A stretch of DNA of 64,000 bases from an uncultured virus (IMG/VR IMGVR_UViG_3300049812_002428). Lineage: Duplodnaviria > Heunggongvirae > Uroviricota > Caudoviricetes. The notes under the pieces were generated by a model. That model was not told the DNA's origin and searched no databases. It was given only the letters and a program-made list of their open reading frames with translations. This document shows, in pieces, positions 36,520-43,715 of this stretch. The DNA lies in IMG/VR virus record IMGVR_UViG_3300049812_002428; one strand, given 5' to 3'. Made by a program: the position numbers and the translations under genes. How positions within the stretch are numbered: the first letter of the stretch is position 1; each line of letters starts with the position of its first letter.

Positions 36520-36594
36520 TTTACTTCTCCTTTGTAAGCGAGATTTGATTGTGTAGACCCCGAAGGCATCCACTACTAATTATACAACATGTAC

Positions 36595-36619
36595 AAAAAA
36601 ACGGGGTGATGAACCCCGT
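36595..36619 (-). terminator. Intrinsic terminator
   Basis: ACGGGG-ttcatca-CCCCGT-T run. Confidence 0.75.
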
Positions 36620-36637
36620 AATTTTTTTATTCGGATA

Positions 36638-37534
36638 TCAAGCAAGAAACTTGCGATAAACTCCTTGCTTTTCCATCTGCTCATGCTCTAGGGACTGTGG
36701 AGTTGCGTTGAGAGAAATCATCCCATCATCCCGCATAATAATGCGATCAGTTGCTACGCAGAACAAAGAATAGAGGACATCCATCCTTTTTTCATTACTC
36801 AAATCCACCGCAGTGGTATTCCAGAACTTAAGGAATTGATCTGTGAGAGTAGATACTGGGTTATCAGCATCTTCCTCAAGTTCGCTGTCAAGAAGTTCAA
36901 AAAAAATCTTGCACTCATCCAAATACCCATAACGCTCACACAGAGCAATGTATGCGCGGAGTGTTTTACGTTGAAGCGAAAACTTGTCCAATACATTTTC
37001 ATAATCACCACTAATTTTCAATGCGTTGAGAATGTTCTTAATCCAATTTTCATAGCTGGAGATAGCATTTTGCATCGTCAAACGCCACTTTCTCTGGCGC
37101 TTCATAATATCACCAAGAATCGAAACTTCATCCTTGTGTGCTTTACGATACTTCCGTTGAATTTCATCAATCGGATTACGTTTCTTGTTAGTGGCAGTCC
37201 TGCTAAAACAGTCAGGTTGAACACCAGTAACAACAATCATCTTAAACACACGATCGTCAGCACATTTTGCGATAGCAGACAATCTGTGTTGCGCTTCAGT
37301 AAGATTTCCATCAGTATTGAAAGTCATTGGTTGTCCGTCTAACAACCAGTTATCGTTTTCAATGCTTCGGAAGATTTTATTTACTTGAGAGTTAGCAATC
37401 TTGCGATTATCACGATTATGATAATCAAGAATGTAACGTGCCATCTCTGGTGTCACATCTACAATAAAGGCAGTGTATTCGTCAGTTTTGGGATTGAACG
37501 GAAGAACGTTCAATCCGGTTTGTGTAGCGTTCAT
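36638..37534 (-). CDS. ParB/DGQHR-like domain protein
   Basis: VTPEMA...NRDNR...W...G.LTEAQHRLSAI resembles the LxDGQHRLxA motif. Confidence 0.55.
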   Translation of the reverse strand: MNATQTGLNVLPFNPKTDEYTAFIVDVTPEMARYILDYHNRDNRKIANSQVNKIFRSIENDNWLLDGQPMTFNTDGNLTEAQHRLSAIAKCADDRVFKMIVVTGVQPDCFSRTATNKKRNPIDEIQRKYRKAHKDEVSILGDIMKRQRKWRLTMQNAISSYENWIKNILNALKISGDYENVLDKFSLQRKTLRAYIALCERYGYLDECKIFFELLDSELEEDADNPVSTLTDQFLKFWNTTAVDLSNEKRMDVLYSLFCVATDRIIMRDDGMISLNATPQSLEHEQMEKQGVYRKFLA

Positions 37535-37570
37535 AGTCAGTTGAGTAAGTCAACAAACGTAGTATAACAT

Positions 37571-37594
37571 AAAAAAGACCCCTGTCAAGGGGTC
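37571..37594 (-). terminator. Intrinsic terminator after regA, overlapping a sigma70 -35
   Basis: GACCCCT-TGAC-AGGGGTC-T run; TTGACA-N16-TATACT spans 37561-37588. Confidence 0.8.
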
Positions 37595-37641
37595 GCGGGT
37601 GTTCCGATTGTAGAGTGTGCCGCACGAAAGACACGTCTTAT

Positions 37642-38079
37642 TTATTCACTCTCTGTGGTCTTACCTTTCTTTCCGATATTGTATTTCTGCTCCAGAACCC
37701 AGTCAGACTTATCTTTATATGCAAGCACCTTGATCTGGTTCAGAGGGGCGATATCGGTCACAGAATCCTCCTTGACGACGCTAATCAGACCCCAGTCGGA
37801 TAAGAGACGGGCGATGCGATTACGGCGCTGTACGTCGTTCATAGTGAGGTTTGCGTGCTTTCCATCAAGCGCAAACAGTTCTTTAAAGTGGACGATAAAG
37901 TATCTTCCTTGCTTATGGAGGATATGACAGGACTGGTAGAGTTTCTTTTCCTTCCGTGAAGCAACTCCAATACGAGTCAAAGTCTCACGTACCTTCAAAA
38001 AGTCATCTGGTTCATTGAGGAGCACCTCAACCATTTGATCTTGGGACCACTGTACCGTAGGTTCAACCGTAGCACTCAT
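37642..38079 (-). CDS. regA: Translational repressor RegA
   Basis: DDFLKVRETLTRIGVA, QSCHILHKQG, HFKELFALDG. Confidence 0.96.
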   Translation of the reverse strand: MSATVEPTVQWSQDQMVEVLLNEPDDFLKVRETLTRIGVASRKEKKLYQSCHILHKQGRYFIVHFKELFALDGKHANLTMNDVQRRNRIARLLSDWGLISVVKEDSVTDIAPLNQIKVLAYKDKSDWVLEQKYNIGKKGKTTESE

Positions 38080-38444
38080 TTCATTCCTCCAGTGTCAAGT
38101 CGTTGTTTAATAAAGTTAATCTGTTCTTGTGTCAGGATTTTTAAAGCTTGAGATGCTTTTTCATTACTGTATCCATAATACTTTTTGATACATTCTAGGT
38201 CCGTGACTTTTTCCTTTCGGAGCCAGGGAGAGAATCTCTTTCTTTTCCTCAAAGTATTTAGATAAAAAGAATATTGCATATCTTTATCAAGAAAGTTATG
38301 CATGTTCATCTCATTGGCGAACATGACACAATCAAGGTGACCTGACAGACAACGATTAACGATATATGGAGGGTAAGAACTAATGTTCTCACGGAGGTCC
38401 TCTTTAGTGAAGTTGATTGAGTTAAGCCAGTCCTTTAATTCCAT
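38076..38444 (-). CDS. gp62: Clamp loader small subunit
   Basis: YPPYIVNRCLS, ANEMN, KRFSPW, YYGYSNEKA. Confidence 0.9.
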   Translation of the reverse strand: MELKDWLNSINFTKEDLRENISSYPPYIVNRCLSGHLDCVMFANEMNMHNFLDKDMQYSFYLNTLRKRKRFSPWLRKEKVTDLECIKKYYGYSNEKASQALKILTQEQINFIKQRLDTGGMK

Positions 38445-39261
38445 AATTATAAAGTAAAAGTTCTTTACGTCCTTTTTGCTCACGCATATACTCACCCACA
38501 GATCGCATGGTGTAAGTTAAATCAAACTCACCTGCATTCCATCCATCAAATCTTTCCTTGACAAGATTGGAAGAGTTATAAGATACAAGTTGATGTCCAA
38601 TGTATCTATCACAATCAGAAGCAAAGTCATCGTGGTTGAATCCATTGTGCATACTTCCCTTCTTCCCATAGAGATTATCTTTGATATCATATGGAGGATC
38701 TAGATATGTAAACACGTCTTTGCGATCAGTAAGAAGTGACTCATATGACCAGTTAGTAATCTTCCAGTTCTGAATTATTTTAGTATATCCTGGGAGTTTT
38801 TCGATTCCTCGCATTGAGAAGTTAGAGACACTTGCTTGTCTACTGAAGGATGAGGACTCTGTGAGTCCACTAAAACTACACTTATTAACAATATAAAAAC
38901 TACTAGCGCGAGATAGATTCGATTCAGTGTAAGCATTGACAATATTCTTTGATTCTAAAAATAATTCTCTTGCAGATTCTTCACTAGAGTGTCTGGATTT
39001 GAGATCTTGCAGTCTTTCATAGAGAGCACGACCGTCGTCCTGCAGAACTCTCCAGAAGTTATAGAGTGGTTCATACAGATCATTGACCCAGATATCCAGA
39101 TGAGGATACTTCTTTGTAATATGTATCGCTACGCTACCACCACCTAAGAATGGTTCGCGATACTCCTTATAATCACGAAGGTCAGGAAAAAATGGGTCCA
39201 TCTTAATGCAAGCACGGGACTTACCACCAGGATATCTAAGTGGTGTTTTCAAAGATTTCAT
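38422..39261 (-). CDS. dam: Dam-family DNA adenine methyltransferase
   Basis: RYPGGKS, EPFLGGGS, YLDPPY. Confidence 0.9.
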   Translation of the reverse strand: MKSLKTPLRYPGGKSRACIKMDPFFPDLRDYKEYREPFLGGGSVAIHITKKYPHLDIWVNDLYEPLYNFWRVLQDDGRALYERLQDLKSRHSSEESARELFLESKNIVNAYTESNLSRASSFYIVNKCSFSGLTESSSFSRQASVSNFSMRGIEKLPGYTKIIQNWKITNWSYESLLTDRKDVFTYLDPPYDIKDNLYGKKGSMHNGFNHDDFASDCDRYIGHQLVSYNSSNLVKERFDGWNAGEFDLTYTMRSVGEYMREQKGRKELLLYNYGIKGLA

Positions 39262-39530
39262 AAAAAATTAGGTCCTCTATCAGGAGTAGTATGAAGAAGA
39301 ACTCCATCAACCTTTTGAAGTAGTTCTTGCATACTACCATAAAGCAAACGATATCCACTTCCAACATAAAGTTGCCCTGATATTACTGAGATAGTTGCAA
39401 TACCCCAAAAAATATAATACCACTTAGATTTTACTTGTGCTCTAAGTTTCATTTCAGAGAATTCTTCATGAATATCTCGATGATGAAATCTCAAAGACTT
39501 ATCAATAATCTTATCAATTTTCTTTTTCAT
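39258..39530 (-). CDS. Hypothetical membrane protein
   Basis: WYYIFWGIATISVISGQLYVG. Confidence 0.65.
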   Translation of the reverse strand: MKKKIDKIIDKSLRFHHRDIHEEFSEMKLRAQVKSKWYYIFWGIATISVISGQLYVGSGYRLLYGSMQELLQKVDGVLLHTTPDRGPNFL

Positions 39531-39676
39531 TAGAACTTTTTATCGGGGTATAATTTTTTGATGCGTTCTTTTCTTTCTTTCTCTTGATCTTTTTTGGGAT
39601 CGAACCAATTCACCGGCCACTTATTAAGATTCAATGATTCTTTAAATAACTTTATTTTAGGTATAAAAAATTTCAT
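39530..39676 (-). CDS. Small basic hypothetical protein
   Basis: Manual translation MKFFIPKIKLFKESLNLNKWPVNWFDPKK... (48 aa), overlap-coupled at both ends. Confidence 0.55.
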   Translation of the reverse strand: MKFFIPKIKLFKESLNLNKWPVNWFDPKKDQEKERKERIKKLYPDKKF

Positions 39677-40617
39677 TTGAACTCGCATTCAACCATAATT
39701 TCAGTGAGACAAGCAAGCATATTTATTTCCTGATCTGCCACAAATGCCATCTGATACTGATACTTAGCAAGAGTAAGCACAGCAGCAGGAATACTATTCG
39801 GAACCATGGAATCATAACAAGCATCGTAAATACAACGCAGTAGAACAGAAGTATCATTGTCAAGGTTATTGACAACCCATTTACGTACTTCGGGAAAATC
39901 TTTGTCCTTAAGTTTCTTAACCAAGTCATTTACTTTTACATCACTAAAGGTTGCAAGAATGCCAGAGTCAATCTTACCACCAGCAGAGTAACGTTGGCAT
40001 TCGTTCAAAACACGACGCCAATCTGGGAAGTGTTTGTTGATCAGTTCTACCAGGACCTTGTTATCATATTCAACACGTTCTGCAGCCAGGATTTGTTGGA
40101 TACGTTTGAAGAAGGCGGCGGCGATGGCAGGTTTTTGCTTTCCCCCAATTCCGAATTCAACCACTGTTGTACGGGAATGAAGTGGTTCAAGGATTTTGTT
40201 TTTGAAGTTGCAGGTGAAGATGAATCTGCAGTTGCCATGAAACTCCTCAATAAACGCCCTAAGGAGGAGTTGTACGTCGTTTGTTGTGTTATCAGCTTCG
40301 TCGATGATGATGACTTTGTGTCTAGCAGTTGACGAAAGTGATACGGTCGAAGCGAAATTTTTTGCAGTATTTCTGACCGTATCAAGGAAGCGTCCCTCAT
40401 CGGATCCGTTGATGACATAGTAATCTACCCCCAGTTCGTTGCAAAGTGCTTTGGCTACAGTTGTTTTACCACATCCTGCAGGACCAGCAAGCAGCATGTT
40501 GGGTATCTCACCTTTATGTAGGAAGTCTTGAAAGGTTTTTTTGGTATTATCAGGAAGTATGCACTCTTCAATAGTTTTAGGTCGATACTTTTCAACCCAG
40601 AGAAATTCGTCACGCAT
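39673..40617 (-). CDS. gp44: Clamp loader large subunit
   Basis: WVEKYRPK, GPAGCGKTT, IIDEAD, FPDWRR. Confidence 0.96.
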   Translation of the reverse strand: MRDEFLWVEKYRPKTIEECILPDNTKKTFQDFLHKGEIPNMLLAGPAGCGKTTVAKALCNELGVDYYVINGSDEGRFLDTVRNTAKNFASTVSLSSTARHKVIIIDEADNTTNDVQLLLRAFIEEFHGNCRFIFTCNFKNKILEPLHSRTTVVEFGIGGKQKPAIAAAFFKRIQQILAAERVEYDNKVLVELINKHFPDWRRVLNECQRYSAGGKIDSGILATFSDVKVNDLVKKLKDKDFPEVRKWVVNNLDNDTSVLLRCIYDACYDSMVPNSIPAAVLTLAKYQYQMAFVADQEINMLACLTEIMVECEFK

Positions 40618-40759
40618 TTTCTTTTTTCACCAAAGTAAATGAACCATCATCATTAGAAATCCATTGTAACACATCATCTTCTTTCCATCCAGTAACTTCT
40701 AGAAGTTCATCAGGAAAAGTTAGGATTCCATTTTCGTCCACTGTTAAAGTAGTTTTCAT
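40610..40759 (-). CDS. AbrB/MazE-like small DNA-binding protein
   Basis: Manual translation MKTTLTVDENGILTFPDELLEVTGWKEDDVLQWISNDDGSFTL... Confidence 0.65.
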   Translation of the reverse strand: MKTTLTVDENGILTFPDELLEVTGWKEDDVLQWISNDDGSFTLVKKENA

Positions 40760-41091
40760 TCTAAAGGTCTCTCAAAAGTTTCAGATACAATATCAGTTGC
40801 CTTCAATTGTTCTTTCATATATTCTACTGCCTTTTCTGGTTCTGCAGTATCGCCACAAGTAAAAACATCACATACCGCCATGCCCTTCTCTGGCCATGTA
40901 TGAATTGAGATATGAGACTCAGCAAGCATAACGAAACCAGTTACACCCTGAGGATCAAACTTATGTGTTTCTAAATTAAGCAAAGTAGATTTGGATTCTT
41001 TTGTTGATCTATACAAAAGCATCCGAATGAACTCTTCATCATCAAGGAGTTCAAACGGACAACCCTTAAGAGTAAAAAGGATGTGTTTCAT
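40756..41091 (-). CDS. speD: S-adenosylmethionine decarboxylase proenzyme
   Basis: FDPQGVT, LAESHISIHTWPE, DVFTCG. Confidence 0.92.
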   Translation of the reverse strand: MKHILFTLKGCPFELLDDEEFIRMLLYRSTKESKSTLLNLETHKFDPQGVTGFVMLAESHISIHTWPEKGMAVCDVFTCGDTAEPEKAVEYMKEQLKATDIVSETFERPLE

Positions 41092-41181
41092 TATTGTTGT
41101 TTTTTCAACCATTCACGAAATTGTTTTTTCCCCTCCTCAACCTTCCACCATGGAGCATAGAGGGGACCTTGATAATCCTTC

Positions 41182-41847
41182 TTACCCGAAGGTGGAGTCG
41201 GGTTCAAGTGCGATGTAGTAAGTGAGGTCATGGTTCTTAGAGGTGAATCGAGAAAGAAGTTTCTGAGACACCACCACCTCATAAGTTCCAGGAAGAACTT
41301 TGATATTTTCTACCTTGAAGTTGAAGGAAAACTCTTTATCAGTCTCACCAACAACAACAGCATAATCATTAGAAGTGTCGTTCTTCTTGTCACGAACGAC
41401 AAGTTTAACTACACCTGCCTCACCGATGGCAGAGAGATCGGGAAGTTGATAAACCGCAGATGCTTTCAGCAGTTTATCAAGTTGGTCTGTGCTCAGTTCA
41501 AATTGCACATCTTCACTAGGAAGTTGGATTGCTTTCTCAGGAGGAGTAACAATCACGTTAGGATCTGCAAAGAAATATTTAGAGCGAGATCGACCCTCAC
41601 GAATAACAACATATCCGTCATTTTGAAAATCAAGTTCAGGGCTCTGGTGCAGACTCAAACCATTAAGGAATTGATTCAGGTCATAGATACCAAAATCCTT
41701 CATGAACTCCTCGCTGACAGTTGCTTCTGCAAGTATGTTCTTCATCACGCTGATGGTACGAAGTTTGTTACCCTCTTTGAATAGGATGGACTGATTGATA
41801 GAAGAGAAGTTCTTCAGGACAGAAATAGTTTTATCAGAAAGTTTCAT
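41182..41847 (-). CDS. gp45: Sliding clamp
   Basis: LKNFSSINQSI, FGIYDLNQFL, YYIALE. Confidence 0.94.
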   Translation of the reverse strand: MKLSDKTISVLKNFSSINQSILFKEGNKLRTISVMKNILAEATVSEEFMKDFGIYDLNQFLNGLSLHQSPELDFQNDGYVVIREGRSRSKYFFADPNVIVTPPEKAIQLPSEDVQFELSTDQLDKLLKASAVYQLPDLSAIGEAGVVKLVVRDKKNDTSNDYAVVVGETDKEFSFNFKVENIKVLPGTYEVVVSQKLLSRFTSKNHDLTYYIALEPDSTFG

Positions 41848-42427
41848 AGGGTTGCGAATTTTCATTACAAAGACCAGCAAAGTGGTACAAGAGAATACAG
41901 TAGTGGATTGCTTTCAGAATGTCCTGTTTAGACTTTCCATCTTTCTTACCAAAGCGAGAAAGATACTTGAGTGCGTTAGATCGACAGAATGGTTCTGCAT
42001 CACCAACAGATTCAATCAGATCAAGTGTCTGAGTTTTAGATTCGGGAGATGCATAGTGAGACCGATAGGTGCCGCCAAGATAGTCACGAATCTCTTTAAG
42101 AATTACATCTTCATTATACTTCCAACGTCCATTAGCATTGTCAGTGGTAGGAAGATCAGGAATCTTCAGGTCAAAAGAGAAAGAATCTTTTCCAGATGCA
42201 CCATATACAGAAGAGGGGTAATCAGATTCAAAAGAAATATGGTCTTCACCCATTCCACCCAACATCATTGGAACTGGTTGTGCTGCACCATAACTGGTTG
42301 AACTAAGGTAAATTGTATCAGAAGAGGCAGCACTAGGGTTACCAGATAAACTAAATCCATCTTCATTCCAGTAATCTTGATTAGACGTGTTCATTTCATC
42401 AAATAGAAAGGACCAGGAGTTAGCCAT
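41834..42427 (-). CDS. DUF3310-like protein with low-complexity N-terminal extension
   Basis: TYRSHY, FCRSNALKYLSRFGKKDG, DILKAIHY. Confidence 0.75.
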   Translation of the reverse strand: MANSWSFLFDEMNTSNQDYWNEDGFSLSGNPSAASSDTIYLSSTSYGAAQPVPMMLGGMGEDHISFESDYPSSVYGASGKDSFSFDLKIPDLPTTDNANGRWKYNEDVILKEIRDYLGGTYRSHYASPESKTQTLDLIESVGDAEPFCRSNALKYLSRFGKKDGKSKQDILKAIHYCILLYHFAGLCNENSQPYETF

Positions 42428-42434
42428 AATTATA

Positions 42435-43511
42435 TCAAATTGTAGGGGTTTCGTCAACGGGCATCACAAAGTCAGCATCGACTTTATCATACAGTTCCAG
42501 GAATGCCTGCTTAGTTTCATCATCAAAACGATTGACACAGACTTGAATTGCCTTTGCCTTGTCGTTGAAGATACTGTATGCCTTCACGATATGAACCAGA
42601 CGACGGGTGCTGATGATTTCTTCAATACCACCATCATAGAAGGTCTTGCGGATGATGTCAGCCCAGTCAGCAAGACGCTTGCAGAACTCTTCATCCTTAC
42701 AAATCTTACCAAGGATCTTCTGTTCCGTAGCAGCAGTAGGATACTCCTGCTCAAAGGTCACAGGGAACCGTTCAAGAAATGCTTCATTTAGCACGTTAGT
42801 TCCAATGAATCGTCCGTCGTCGGAACCTTTGCCTTTGGTATTTGCGGTTGCGAATACTTGGAAACCCTCTGCAGGAGAAACCCACTTACCAATCTTCTTG
42901 AGGAAAACTCCCTTACCCTCAAGGATGGACTGAAGGCAAAGGATTTTGTTTGAGGCAAGGTCGATTTCATCAAGGAGCAGCACAGCACCCCGTTGCAGAG
43001 CCTCAATGACGGGTCCGTTATGCCAAACAGTTTCTCCACCCACAAGACGGAAACCACCAATAAGATCGTCTTCGTCGGTCTCTACCGTGATGTTGACTCG
43101 GATGAGTTCTCGTCCGAGTTGAGCACATGCTTGTTCGACAGAAAACGTTTTGCCATTGCCCGAGAGACCCGTGATAAACGTAGGGTAGAAGAGACCGGAC
43201 TTAACAATTTTTTTAATATCTGTGAAATTACCAAACTGGACGAAGGAATCATCTTTCGCAGGGATAAGGTTTTGTTCGATTGCTGGCAAAGCAGCAGGAG
43301 CATTATAAGTTGTTTCCAGTTCTTCTACAGTCTCTTTCGTTACTTCCAGATTCCACTTACCACGACCAACTTTGAAGTCAGTCAGTTTGTTAGTGATGGT
43401 CTGATAGTTGAAGTCATTCATATTGCAGAATGCTTTGATCTCTGCAGAAGTGACTGACTCACCATAGGATTCACGAAGACAATTAACGATGCTTTCTTTG
43501 GAGAGACCCAT
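42435..43511 (-). CDS. cobS: MoxR/CobS-like AAA+ ATPase
   Basis: GLSGNGKT, LLLDEID, TANTKGKG, NEAFLERF, STRRL. Confidence 0.9.
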   Translation of the reverse strand: MGLSKESIVNCLRESYGESVTSAEIKAFCNMNDFNYQTITNKLTDFKVGRGKWNLEVTKETVEELETTYNAPAALPAIEQNLIPAKDDSFVQFGNFTDIKKIVKSGLFYPTFITGLSGNGKTFSVEQACAQLGRELIRVNITVETDEDDLIGGFRLVGGETVWHNGPVIEALQRGAVLLLDEIDLASNKILCLQSILEGKGVFLKKIGKWVSPAEGFQVFATANTKGKGSDDGRFIGTNVLNEAFLERFPVTFEQEYPTAATEQKILGKICKDEEFCKRLADWADIIRKTFYDGGIEEIISTRRLVHIVKAYSIFNDKAKAIQVCVNRFDDETKQAFLELYDKVDADFVMPVDETPTI

Positions 43512-43545
43512 TAGTTGTTTTGTTTAACTGAAGTTATTATATACG

Positions 43546-43571
43546 AAAAAGGGAGGTCGGAAACCTCCCCG
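43546..43571 (-). terminator. Intrinsic terminator-like hairpin upstream of cobS
   Basis: GGGAGGT-ttccg-ACCTCCC-TTTTT, followed by TATAAT. Confidence 0.65.
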
Positions 43572-43574
43572 TGG

Positions 43575-43715
43575 TCACTTCTCGTATCGTCCATACTTGA
43601 ACTTCATTACCTGCAGCATCCACGCTTGAGCAAGACTCTTTGGACCCTCCTTAAGAACTTTTCTTACTTTAGGATCACTCTCACACTGAAGGGCGATTTC
43701 TTTCCAATTCATCAT
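43575..43715 (-). CDS. Small hypothetical protein
   Basis: Manual translation MMNWKEIALQCESDPKVRKVLKEGPKSLAQAW... (46 aa), ATGA overlap. Confidence 0.6.
   Translation of the reverse strand: MMNWKEIALQCESDPKVRKVLKEGPKSLAQAWMLQVMKFKYGRYEK

Noticed and set aside
41091..41282. 63-aa ORF overlapping the gp45 3' end
   Set aside because: C-terminal part (YQGPLYAPWWKVE) looks protein-like, but no convincing start outside gp45; left uncalled
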